Positions 29,417-39,234 of a stretch of DNA of 64,000 nt are shown here, piece by piece; the first letter of the stretch is position 1, and each line of letters begins with the position of its first letter. Where the stretch lies: positions 7,269-71,268 of IMG/VR virus record IMGVR_UViG_3300014205_006854, one strand, 5' to 3'. The translations under genes were made by a program, and so were the position numbers. The notes beneath the pieces are model-generated. The model worked only from the letters and a program-made list of their open reading frames with translations, was not told the DNA's origin and searched no databases. Origin of the DNA: a virus (taxonomy: Duplodnaviria; Caudoviricetes).

Positions 29417-31647
29417 TATATTGACGCCTTAACTGACTTGCTACCTAAAAGTGGTAATCCGCATAAATAATCCAAGTGGCTTATTCCAGGTCCTGGCATT
29501 CCAGTTACTACGCCTCCTTGTGCTGGAATACTTCCTAATGATACCATTGGTGCTGATACCTCTGCTTTTGTACCTGAACTTAAAGTTGCTTTTACTAAAC
29601 CACTTACTTTAACAGTTTGTGATACTGCATTTATTTCTATTTTTCCAGCTTTTGTTTTTACAGTAATATTTCCAGCAGTGATATCAGCAGTATAATTTCC
29701 TGTTTTAATTGATAATTTTTTATTTCCGGTAGTAATAGATTCTGTGATATTTCCTGTGGTAACATTTGTCTTTTTATTTCCAGTTGTTATTGATTCTTCT
29801 ATTCCACCAGTTGTTACAGTTGTCTTTTTACTTCCAGTTGTGATTGTTTCTTTTATGCTTCCAACTTTAATAGAAGTTGTTTTTCCGCCTGTTACTATAG
29901 TTTCTTTTATATTGCCAGTTGTTATTAATAATTTTCTATCACCTAAAACAATTGTTTCTTCAATGTTGCCTGCAGTTAACGTAGATGTTAAATCACCTAA
30001 TGTTAATGTTGTTTTTCTACTTCCTAACATTAGTAATTCTGTTTTTGATCCTAAAACTATTTTAAGAGCATCAACAGTAGACATTGGTGTATTTGGAATT
30101 GGTGTTGATAATCCTGTAATTGTTGTATCTCTACTACCACCAATTTTTTCTTGTTTGTCTTTTATAACAATTTCTTTATATGAAGAACCATACACACTAT
30201 TGATGTCATTGATATAATTTTGAACTTTGACACCTAAAATATCTTCTTGAATTTTTCCAGCGACTGTTATTAAATATGAACCAGTTACATTAACATTAAA
30301 ATCGCCATTAATATCATAAACTACGTTGCCGTTAGTTTTTAATGATTTAGATATTTTATTTTCATCACTTCCAAGAATATCAGTATAGATAGATTTTTTT
30401 GCTATTGTTGTTTTGCTTCTATTAAATGCATCAACACCTAAAGTTTCTCTAGTACCACCGGTTGTAATTAAATCTATAGAAGTTTGATCTTTGCCACTTG
30501 CACCTACTGCCCATTTAACTAATCCATCAAAATTCGCTTCCCAAGATCTACCTGCACCTAAAGGAGCTTGTCCGGTTGAAGCTGCGATATTAGTAAATAA
30601 ATGGCCTTGTTTATCTATATCTATTTTTGTTCCTGATTTCCAAAATTTTAATTGTAATGCTGATGCCAATGATTCATATTCTTCTGGTAAACATTCCATA
30701 TCATCAACATTTGCTTGTGCTGAATCTGAAGATCCAAAAATTTGTGGTCTTAAAATTTTTCCATAATGTGTTAAATCAGTTTTATTTGAAGGAATGTTTG
30801 TACCTAAAACGAATGAAATATATGGACTTTTAAAAGTTACATCTTTTCCTGAATTTATTTCAGAAACTGGTAATTTTCCATCAGTTTTTTCAGTAATATC
30901 TATTCTATATTCATTATAAGCTTTTCCACCTTTTCCTACTGGTTTTTGTGAATCAGTAAAAATTTGAACTATTTTTCCATTAGATAAAAATGATGGTTGC
31001 AAAGTGTCAGTACCACCTGGTACAGGTTCTCTTGTAATCATTCCGTTGTAAATTCTTGAACCAGTAGTTTGTTGATAATATTGAACTGATGATAAACGAA
31101 TTGATTGATCAGCAGAAACTATTTCTATTTCATTAAGTTTATTATTTGATAAATAAACATTATCATCTAAATATAATTCTGAACCTTGCGTTGATTCAGC
31201 TTGAATTTCACCTGGATATATTTTTTTTCTTTTAGAACGAACTGAATTGTAGCCAATTTTATCTTTTATTGTTTTTATATCTTCAAGAGTATTTGCTGCT
31301 TTGCCTCTTGAAAGTCTATATTCAAGTAGTTGTTCAAGATTTGCTTCAATATATCCTAAAACAATTGGATCAGCTGTTGTTTGAGTTTGTCTGATCCATC
31401 CGCAAACAGCAATTGAACCTTCTTCTGGCATCCCTTTTAAACTTCCTCTTGGAGATGCCATCGCAGAATTTAATTTTATTTGTACACGTAAACCAACATC
31501 ATCAACCCATACTAAATCAACTAATCCTGATTCATAATCAACCCTGTCAACGAATCCTAAACGTAGATATTGCAGATCATTTTCATATCTACCATGCCAT
31601 GGTTTTTCTTTAGATTTTAAATTTCTACCGTATCCTTCTACACTCAT
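29416..31647 (-). CDS. Baseplate central spike protein (gp5/gpV/VgrG-like)
   Basis: N-terminal OB-fold pattern (GFVDRVD...KGMPEEGSIAVCGW); C-terminal beta-helix with 9-residue G-spaced repeats; apex HLDYLCGLP. Confidence 0.8.
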   Translation of the reverse strand: MSVEGYGRNLKSKEKPWHGRYENDLQYLRLGFVDRVDYESGLVDLVWVDDVGLRVQIKLNSAMASPRGSLKGMPEEGSIAVCGWIRQTQTTADPIVLGYIEANLEQLLEYRLSRGKAANTLEDIKTIKDKIGYNSVRSKRKKIYPGEIQAESTQGSELYLDDNVYLSNNKLNEIEIVSADQSIRLSSVQYYQQTTGSRIYNGMITREPVPGGTDTLQPSFLSNGKIVQIFTDSQKPVGKGGKAYNEYRIDITEKTDGKLPVSEINSGKDVTFKSPYISFVLGTNIPSNKTDLTHYGKILRPQIFGSSDSAQANVDDMECLPEEYESLASALQLKFWKSGTKIDIDKQGHLFTNIAASTGQAPLGAGRSWEANFDGLVKWAVGASGKDQTSIDLITTGGTRETLGVDAFNRSKTTIAKKSIYTDILGSDENKISKSLKTNGNVVYDINGDFNVNVTGSYLITVAGKIQEDILGVKVQNYINDINSVYGSSYKEIVIKDKQEKIGGSRDTTITGLSTPIPNTPMSTVDALKIVLGSKTELLMLGSRKTTLTLGDLTSTLTAGNIEETIVLGDRKLLITTGNIKETIVTGGKTTSIKVGSIKETITTGSKKTTVTTGGIEESITTGNKKTNVTTGNITESITTGNKKLSIKTGNYTADITAGNITVKTKAGKIEINAVSQTVKVSGLVKATLSSGTKAEVSAPMVSLGSIPAQGGVVTGMPGPGISHLDYLCGLPLLGSKSVKASI

Positions 31648-33659
31648 CTGTTACTCCGTTGAGGATTTACTTTTTGTGCGCGAGATGCTGCAGAACTTTT
31701 ATCATATATTGTCAACATCGATTGACCTTCATCATCTAGCGTCAATGCAGTGTTATTTGGATCTGCAGTTAAATTATAAGTATCAGGTGTTAATTTCTGT
31801 GCTTTTTCACTTCTTAAATTATTTCTATTTTGTGAAATAGTTTTACTCATTAAGCTATTTGAATTAAAACTCAAATTCATTCCATATTTAAAAAATGGTA
31901 TTAGTTCATAACCTTCACCATCAGTATTTTGAATATCATTTAATGGATCAGGATTTTCTATTGTTAAATCTTTTTTTAATTCCCATCCAATAGAAGGTTG
32001 AGCTGAAACATCATCATTTGTAGAAACATAATTTGATTCTTTAGCATCATTTTTCTTTTTCTTTCCAAAACAAACATCATCAAACATTTGTAAAAAATTA
32101 GCAGGTTCACTATCAGTTACTGATTCACCATCAACTAATTTTTTTGTATCTTTTAAACCACCAACATTTCTGAACCAAGAATTTTTAATTGCATTTCCTG
32201 AATTATCTAGAATTTTTTTTCTTTCAGCAATTACTGTTACTGTTGTAGTAAATGTTCCACCAAAATCAAAATTATGATCCAATCCTACGACATAATAAAA
32301 AGCATCTCTTGCTGGAACAAAAATAGGATAACCTAATCTAAGTTCAGGTCGACCAATAATTGTAAAAGTTCCCCTAACCAAATTTGAATTTTGTCTTACT
32401 AATTCTAATTTAGCATATTCTAAACATTTTTCTTTTGTAGTTAACCAAGGCATTGTTATAGATTTTGATCTAAAACCGAATTGTTTTGTTAATGATACAT
32501 TATAACCTACACCTTTAATAAATCCTTCACCAACGTTATAAATTTTTGTTAATCTGCCATTGACATCTATTTTAGAAACTACATCTGCTTCAGTTTGTGT
32601 AAAACTCCAACTAATAATATCAATATCTTCAATAACAGAATTTTTATTTTTCCTAACATCCATATTATAAAATGGAGGTTTAAAAACTAATTCGCCATTA
32701 ACATCCATAAAAAATTCAAATGATACTGTTTCTTTTAAATCGTTAGCTATTTCTAAATTAGATTTCATATTACTACCACTAACTTGAATAGCTTCAGGAT
32801 TTAAAACATATGGTATACATTCACCTAAAATATCATCATCTAATTTTAAATTTCCATTTTCATTTTTAAATCCAAAAATGCGTAATGATCGACCTACTTG
32901 ATCAAATCTAGATTCCCAATAAGTTAAAATTTCTTGTTTTGCTTGATCTGCACTAATATTTTCAGTATTTCCTACTAAACTAAATGGATCATCTTTTATT
33001 GGGGTTAAATTTGATGTAGAAATTATTGCTAATTGTAATAAAATATTAGGTATTGTATAACCAGCAAATTTAGTATTTTGTGAAACAATAGTTTCATTAT
33101 TAGAATTTCTAACTGGAATACCTTTTTCAATTTCTGTTTGTAATTGATCTTCTGGTATGCTACGAGGAATTTTTTTCTCAAAACTAAAAAAATCCAAAGC
33201 TGATAAAGAAGGTCTTACATTTGTATTTGCAATTTGCCACCAACGTAAAATATCTGCACATGAAACACTTATATTATATGTACCATCACTATAACTATCA
33301 GTAATTGATTGTATCACGCCCCAAAAAGCAGGATAATAAGGATATCGTTTAGCACTTGTTTGACTTTTTGGTAATGGATATCTACCTTTATAATAAATTT
33401 CAATTTCAGATAATAAACGTAATGAACTATATCTGTTATCAGCATATCTTCTAATAGAATGATCTGGCAAAGAAATAGTAAAATTAGCAGTTCCTGGTAC
33501 TGCATCAATATTTAAACTAACACTTATATTTGTTATATCATTTCTAATTTCAAAAGTATTTCCATCTTTATCTTCAATTACATCACTACCATTAATAAAC
33601 AATAATGCATCAGGTGCTAATTGAACTGTTTCTGCTTGTTTAAATTCTAATTCAGCCAT
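31644..33659 (-). CDS. Baseplate hub protein (gp27/gpD-like)
   Basis: PGTANFTIS, FEFFMDVNGELVFKPP, GTFTIIGRPELRLGYP, HNFDFGGTFTT; sits between tube initiators and spike. Confidence 0.8.
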   Translation of the reverse strand: MAELEFKQAETVQLAPDALLFINGSDVIEDKDGNTFEIRNDITNISVSLNIDAVPGTANFTISLPDHSIRRYADNRYSSLRLLSEIEIYYKGRYPLPKSQTSAKRYPYYPAFWGVIQSITDSYSDGTYNISVSCADILRWWQIANTNVRPSLSALDFFSFEKKIPRSIPEDQLQTEIEKGIPVRNSNNETIVSQNTKFAGYTIPNILLQLAIISTSNLTPIKDDPFSLVGNTENISADQAKQEILTYWESRFDQVGRSLRIFGFKNENGNLKLDDDILGECIPYVLNPEAIQVSGSNMKSNLEIANDLKETVSFEFFMDVNGELVFKPPFYNMDVRKNKNSVIEDIDIISWSFTQTEADVVSKIDVNGRLTKIYNVGEGFIKGVGYNVSLTKQFGFRSKSITMPWLTTKEKCLEYAKLELVRQNSNLVRGTFTIIGRPELRLGYPIFVPARDAFYYVVGLDHNFDFGGTFTTTVTVIAERKKILDNSGNAIKNSWFRNVGGLKDTKKLVDGESVTDSEPANFLQMFDDVCFGKKKKNDAKESNYVSTNDDVSAQPSIGWELKKDLTIENPDPLNDIQNTDGEGYELIPFFKYGMNLSFNSNSLMSKTISQNRNNLRSEKAQKLTPDTYNLTADPNNTALTLDDEGQSMLTIYDKSSAASRAQKVNPQRSNR

Positions 33660-33679
33660 ATTTACCTTTATAGTTATAT

Positions 33680-34432
33680 CTAAATACTATTAGTAAAATT
33701 TTGATAATTATAAATAGTATTTCCAGGTTCAGACATATCAGTTACTTTATACTCAAATGAATAATCATAAAAAAATGGTTGTGTATCACTTTCATTAAAA
33801 TTGAAACTATTAAAATTACCACGATAAATAGTTCCATCATATGTAATAATTACTCTTCCAACAGAATTAATCATTGCAGCATTATTCACTGTAATTTTGT
33901 TATTATAATTTATACCATTATTTCTATATGTTGCCAATAACTGATTTATGTTTTCCCAAGCAATAGAACTTTCTCTATCATCACTTGTCAAGCCACTTTC
34001 AGTATAAAACATTCCTGATACACCAGATACAGAAATAGTTACTAACTCATCATGATGTACTTGAATAACATATCCACTATCTCTAGCATCAATCCATCTA
34101 ACTCTATTCTCTGACATTTTAACTGCATATCTCAACGAAAATTGATTAGGGTTCATCAATAAGGTTAATGGTTCAGTTGGTAATTCAATATCTAATTCAA
34201 ATACAATTGGTAATGCACCTTTTTTAACGCCAGCAACTAATTTATTCAATTGTTCTATAGACTTATTATTTTCTTTTTTTCCATGTAACACATTTTTTAA
34301 ATTATCATATGCTGTATTTAATGTTTTACCTTGTTTTTTAGATCTGGCAAATATATCTCTATTTGCTAAATCTAAGTCTGTCACTGGTTTAGCATATGAT
34401 TTAAAATTTATAGTATCAAAATATGAACTCAT
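33680..34432 (-). CDS. Tail-tube initiator-like protein (gp48/gp54 or CIS-tube-like)
   Basis: LLMNPNQFSL...ISVSG...YRGNFNSFNFNESDTQPF.YDYSFEY; paralogous to the next gene. Confidence 0.65.
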   Translation of the reverse strand: MSSYFDTINFKSYAKPVTDLDLANRDIFARSKKQGKTLNTAYDNLKNVLHGKKENNKSIEQLNKLVAGVKKGALPIVFELDIELPTEPLTLLMNPNQFSLRYAVKMSENRVRWIDARDSGYVIQVHHDELVTISVSGVSGMFYTESGLTSDDRESSIAWENINQLLATYRNNGINYNNKITVNNAAMINSVGRVIITYDGTIYRGNFNSFNFNESDTQPFFYDYSFEYKVTDMSEPGNTIYNYQNFTNSI

Positions 34433-34434
34433 AA

Positions 34435-34962
34435 TTATATTTCGTTTCTTAAAAAATTACCATCTATAACTGCTAAATCACCTATAATTCTGGTAACTTT
34501 AAAATCGAAACTATATGCTAAAGAAAATGGTGTATCTGCACTTTCATCTACATTAAAACTTTCAAAATGACCTTCATATTCTTTTCCAAAATATGTTAAT
34601 ACAACAGTACCAAAACTCACAATTCTATTTGAACCTTTAGTAGAATATACTTTTCCATTATTTTTATAAAAATTTACTAAATTGTTAAAATTTATATATG
34701 ATTCACTTTGTTTTAAATTTTTTCTTGTCAATCCGTTTTGATCATATGCCATTGCTGTTGTACCTGATGCTGAAACAGATGTTAATTGTTCTCCCCAAAA
34801 TTCTTGAACAAATCCACCCATTGTTCTTGTTTCATTTATCAACTGTGAATATGATATATCTAAATTTGCAGGATTGATCAGCATGGTTAATTTTGGAGGA
34901 ATTTCTTTTAATCCTTCTATTCTCCAAACTAATGCATGTTTATTTTCTTTAACACCCTTCAT
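34435..34962 (-). CDS. Tail-tube initiator-like protein (gp48/gp54 or CIS-tube-like)
   Basis: MLINPANLDISY...SASG...YEGHFESFNVDESADTPFSLAYSFDF; directly after tape measure. Confidence 0.65.
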   Translation of the reverse strand: MKGVKENKHALVWRIEGLKEIPPKLTMLINPANLDISYSQLINETRTMGGFVQEFWGEQLTSVSASGTTAMAYDQNGLTRKNLKQSESYINFNNLVNFYKNNGKVYSTKGSNRIVSFGTVVLTYFGKEYEGHFESFNVDESADTPFSLAYSFDFKVTRIIGDLAVIDGNFLRNEI

Positions 34963-37900
34963 TATTTAGCCGCCGTATACATTTCTTCACGAACAACTTG
35001 TTTAATATGTTCTGCTTCTTTATGGTTTACAAAAATATTAACTGTTTTATTATCATTTATTTGTTGTCTTGCCCAATCTTCACCTTTTTGTTTATTAGTA
35101 GTTTTCTTTTCTTGTTGTTCAGCTAACGTATCTAATGCTGTTTGTGCAGCAGCTCCGGGTGTTCCAGCTACTGAAACAATTGCCCCTAAACCTTTAAGTA
35201 AAGGTGCTAATAAAGATTTTCCTTCTTCACTACCACCAGGCAATCTGTGTCCAAAACTTGATCCAGCTGATGCTGCACCTTGTATTGCTAATCCTGCACC
35301 TAATCCAGGCACTGATTTTACAGCTTTTTTAGCTATTGGGGATGCTTTTGCTAATGATAATGCTTTTTGAGCACCTTTCATTCCACCGGAAATCATTGCT
35401 GTATCTACTGCTTTAGAAATAAAATTTTGCAATGTATCCAAAGGTGTTATTGCTTCAGTACCTGCTTCACCAACTATTGCCGGTGTTCTCTTTTTTACTA
35501 TTCCCCCTTCAGCCATTTCTGGCAATTTTACACCATAAGATTTTAAAAGATCTTCAGCAGACTTTAATTGTCGTTCCTGATCAGTAATAAAGCTTTTTCC
35601 AAATGATTTTGGTTTACTTTTTGCTAATTCAATTTGTCCTTTAATTTTAGTACGATTTTGTGATAATTCTGTTAATTTATTAATATCTTCTGGTTTAGCA
35701 TTTGAATTTTCTAAAGCATCAATAATAGCTTGATTCATTTTAAGATTACTTTTAGAATTTTCTGTTTTATCTTTAAGTAATTTTAGTTCGCTTTCTTTTT
35801 TAGCTTTTTCATTTTTCAATGTTTCTAATTCTTTTGGATCTTTTGTAATTGAAATCTTTTTGTTTAATTCCACTAATTCTTCTTGTTTTTCTGCTTGATC
35901 TTTTTCAAATTGTCTTACCAAATCACCTTCTTTTAACAATTGATTAGTCAAATCATTTACTTGTTCTGATGCATCCATTTCTTTCAATTCTTTAGAAAAA
36001 TCTATTCCTGGTATTTTATCTAATCCTTTCATGATAGCTTTTAAACCTTTTCCAAGCCATTTTTTTACAAAATTAAATCCTGGTTCAATGACAGCAAATA
36101 TTTTTTGTAACCATAATACTAAATTTTGTTCAATTGCATCAACAACTGGTCTTGTTTGTATTCTAGCTTGTTTTGCAGCTGCTAATTCTGCTTCTTTATT
36201 AGCTTTTGAACGTGCTTTTGCCTCATCGTTTTTAGCAGTTTTTTCAGAAGCTTTTATCATTTCCAAAAGATCCATACCTTTTGGCATTTTAGAAATCATT
36301 TCTTTTATTGTAACAATTTGATCTCTATCAAGTTTTGCAACTTCACCAGCTTTTTCAAATGCAAGTAACGCAGTTGATTGCTCATCCCCTGTTAGAGAAT
36401 TTATTTTATCAATCATGCTCTTTAAATCATCCATACCTTCAAATGGTGCCATTGATTTCGCAATATTTTTTAATGCATCAAGTTGAAATGTAGCTTGTTG
36501 TTGAGGTCCTGCTTTACGTGCTTCATCTATTGATTTTTCGCTACCAGCCAATTTTAAAGTGATAAGTTGATCTTCTGTTGATAAATCAGCAAAACCACGA
36601 GATAATTTTTCAGTTGTTTCTGTGACAGCTTTAACTGGAATATTAGCTTTCACTGCAAATTTCGACATTGTTGAAATTAATGCACTTGTTTTAGCTATTC
36701 TATCACCATAAATTCCTAATCCTGTAGTTGCATTCATAATTTTGTCAAAAAACATTGATGTTGTTAATCCAGTTCCTGTAACTTGTTTTCTGAACATTGA
36801 AAATGCAGATGATGCTTGATCTGAATCTTTACTAAATTCAACACGCATTTGACCTGCTGTTTGTGCTAATTCATCAATAGATTTACCTGTCAATACAGAT
36901 TGCGCATAAAAATTTGCAAAAATATCTCCAGATGTTATTTTCTCTAATTTAAAACCTTGTGCAGTTAACGCTGCAAATGCACCTTCTGTTTCTTTTATAC
37001 TAATTCCAAATTGATTAACATATTTTTGAGTTGCTAATCTATATTCTTCAATTTTTGAATGTGCTACAGAAAAACCTTTACCAACTTGAATACCAGAACT
37101 TTCTAGTTCACCAGTACTAGCTGCCATTCTTAAAATTTCACGTCTTGCATCTTTCACTTGTTTTTCTGCTGATATCATTGCTGCTGCAAATGCACCAACT
37201 GCACCAACACCAAGCATTGCACCCATACCACCCAGACCTAATGCACCAGCTGTTCTTCCAACTGTAGCAGCACCAACTTTACCAGCAGTAGAACCTGATA
37301 CTGCTTCTTTTTTACTTTGTAATTTTTCTTTAGCTTTTTCTAACCAAGTCTGTGCACCAAATTCTTTTCTTGCTTGTCTAAATGCCTCTTTAGAAGATTT
37401 ACCTTGTTCTATCAATTCTTTAGCACGTAAACCTAATCTAGTTTTAAAAACGCCTAAATCTCTTTTACCTAAATCAGAACGTTTCTTATCATTTTTGTAA
37501 GCTTCTTTTGCTTGTTTTATTTCTTTTAATGGTGGTAATAATTTTTGTTGCTTTTCATTAATTTCTGCGATTTTTCTTTCAATGTTTCTTCTCTCACGAG
37601 CTAATGCATTTAAACGTTTCTTGCTTTTTTCATCTTGGTCATCACTTAATAATATTTTTTCTTGTACTTCATTATTTTTTTGCAACATTTTTGAATATTT
37701 ATTATATTCATCAGCTATCTTAACATTTTCGCTGTAAATGTTTCTCAAAGAACCTACTTGTTCTGTATATAATGTTCCTTCATCTTGTAATAATGAAATA
37801 ATTGTATCTTGTACGTCAATATTATTTTTAAATATTCCTATAGAATCTTGATTAGTACTTACAATTTTTTCTATATAATTTAATTGTTTTTCTAATTCTG

Positions 37901-38219
37901 CTGAATTTTGAGGTGAAACTTTTTTATCAAAATTTATTTTTGATACATTCTTAGAGATATTTTTAAGACTACTTTCAAAATTTTTAAATTGATCTGGTGA
38001 CAATACACGCTTTAGACTTTTTATATTAGCACTATTTAAAGCTTTTGCACTTCTATCTAATATACTATCAACACTTTTAAATTTAGCTTTTGCAAAATCT
38101 TCAATAGAAGAAATCGCATCATATGATGACTTTCTAGCCTTCTCAAGTCCCTTTATCAGACTATCTGTATTAGTCTGGAACTCTGTTTCATATGTTACTT
38201 TTTCTTTAACTGGTGCCAC
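34962..38219 (-). CDS. Tape measure protein
   Basis: 1085-aa helical/coiled-coil protein with a central Gly/Ala hydrophobic stretch and a MAEGGIV..PAIVGEAGTEAITPL motif; follows tube/chaperone genes. Confidence 0.85.
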   Translation of the reverse strand: MAPVKEKVTYETEFQTNTDSLIKGLEKARKSSYDAISSIEDFAKAKFKSVDSILDRSAKALNSANIKSLKRVLSPDQFKNFESSLKNISKNVSKINFDKKVSPQNSAELEKQLNYIEKIVSTNQDSIGIFKNNIDVQDTIISLLQDEGTLYTEQVGSLRNIYSENVKIADEYNKYSKMLQKNNEVQEKILLSDDQDEKSKKRLNALARERRNIERKIAEINEKQQKLLPPLKEIKQAKEAYKNDKKRSDLGKRDLGVFKTRLGLRAKELIEQGKSSKEAFRQARKEFGAQTWLEKAKEKLQSKKEAVSGSTAGKVGAATVGRTAGALGLGGMGAMLGVGAVGAFAAAMISAEKQVKDARREILRMAASTGELESSGIQVGKGFSVAHSKIEEYRLATQKYVNQFGISIKETEGAFAALTAQGFKLEKITSGDIFANFYAQSVLTGKSIDELAQTAGQMRVEFSKDSDQASSAFSMFRKQVTGTGLTTSMFFDKIMNATTGLGIYGDRIAKTSALISTMSKFAVKANIPVKAVTETTEKLSRGFADLSTEDQLITLKLAGSEKSIDEARKAGPQQQATFQLDALKNIAKSMAPFEGMDDLKSMIDKINSLTGDEQSTALLAFEKAGEVAKLDRDQIVTIKEMISKMPKGMDLLEMIKASEKTAKNDEAKARSKANKEAELAAAKQARIQTRPVVDAIEQNLVLWLQKIFAVIEPGFNFVKKWLGKGLKAIMKGLDKIPGIDFSKELKEMDASEQVNDLTNQLLKEGDLVRQFEKDQAEKQEELVELNKKISITKDPKELETLKNEKAKKESELKLLKDKTENSKSNLKMNQAIIDALENSNAKPEDINKLTELSQNRTKIKGQIELAKSKPKSFGKSFITDQERQLKSAEDLLKSYGVKLPEMAEGGIVKKRTPAIVGEAGTEAITPLDTLQNFISKAVDTAMISGGMKGAQKALSLAKASPIAKKAVKSVPGLGAGLAIQGAASAGSSFGHRLPGGSEEGKSLLAPLLKGLGAIVSVAGTPGAAAQTALDTLAEQQEKKTTNKQKGEDWARQQINDNKTVNIFVNHKEAEHIKQVVREEMYTAAK

Positions 38220-38222
38220 TTA

Positions 38223-38720
38223 TTATTTTTCCTTTTTATCTTCTTCTTCTTCTTTTCTATTTTCTTCTGCCTGCTCTTTCAACTTATCTTCAACTTCTAT
38301 ATTCTTCAAAATACCAATTTTTCTCAACTGTCCTTCACTTTCAACTGCTAATTTCAAATATTCTGTATGCACAAATGAAATTACATCATCATGCCATGTT
38401 CCAATAATTTTCCTTATTTTTTCTAACGCATCAATCTTTAACTGAATTTTTTCTTCATCAGTTTTAGCTTCATCATAATTAAATCGTATTTTATTAACAG
38501 CTTTTATCGACATTACAACAGTTTCAATTTTACTTTTTGTAAAATAAGCTAAACCACTATAACCATTACATGCTTGATTTAATTCTACTTCATCTTCAGC
38601 TGTTAAAGTTTCTAAAGTCAAACTTAAATCATCATTTATTTTAACTTCTTTTTTCGCTTTACCAAGTTCAGTTATTTTTGATAAAAATGCATATGCATCA
38701 TCTACTTTAGTTACAGCCAT
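38223..38720 (-). CDS. Putative tail assembly chaperone
   Basis: LTLETLTAEDE...VVMSIKAVN...WHDDVISFVHTEY pattern; immediately upstream of tape measure. Confidence 0.6.
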   Translation of the reverse strand: MAVTKVDDAYAFLSKITELGKAKKEVKINDDLSLTLETLTAEDEVELNQACNGYSGLAYFTKSKIETVVMSIKAVNKIRFNYDEAKTDEEKIQLKIDALEKIRKIIGTWHDDVISFVHTEYLKLAVESEGQLRKIGILKNIEVEDKLKEQAEENRKEEEEDKKEK

Positions 38721-38896
38721 TTTACCCCCATTGATGTAGAATATGTTGAAGAATTACAATTCTTTACATCCCATTTAAATACATTATTATCTGATGAATT
38801 ATTAAATACTATAGGTTTATCAATAGCAACAATAATTGGTTTTTCTGATTTACGAATTCTTGCTATCAAATTTTTAATTATATTCTTATAGTCCAT
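38711..38896 (-). CDS. Small hypothetical protein (likely start MDYKNII at 38896)
   Basis: Fills the gap between the 95-aa and 165-aa genes with short overlaps at both ends. Confidence 0.4.
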   Translation of the reverse strand: MDYKNIIKNLIARIRKSEKPIIVAIDKPIVFNNSSDNNVFKWDVKNCNSSTYSTSMGVKWL

Positions 38897-39173
38897 CATC
38901 TTCATCCTCATTCAGTTCAGTAATATCATCTTCATCATTTTCTAAAAATTCTTCATCTAGAACTATTCCTGTTTCCTTTAAAAAATCTTCTGCTACTTCA
39001 TCATCTGATGGGGCACCAACTTCATCTTGATATTTAGCAATTGTTTTCATAGCTTCATCTCTTGGTTTAACAGCATTTTTAATTCTTTCACGTGTTTCAA
39101 CTACACTTTCATTGCCTAATGCTGCTTTTTTCTGATTCAACTTGTTAATTGCATCTTCACGAATCGGATCCAT
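38886..39173 (-). CDS. Acidic hypothetical protein
   Basis: 95-aa ORF with AGGAGG RBS. Confidence 0.75.
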   Translation of the reverse strand: MDPIREDAINKLNQKKAALGNESVVETRERIKNAVKPRDEAMKTIAKYQDEVGAPSDDEVAEDFLKETGIVLDEEFLENDEDDITELNEDEDDGL

Positions 39174-39234
39174 AAAACCTCCTTTTAATTTTAATTTAAT
39201 CTGAAATATACAAAGTTATTAACGTTTTAGAAAA

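Noticed and set aside
38711-39173. Programmed frameshift joining tail-chaperone ORFs
   Set aside because: Overlaps are short and no clear X XXY YYZ slippery site is positioned at the junction.
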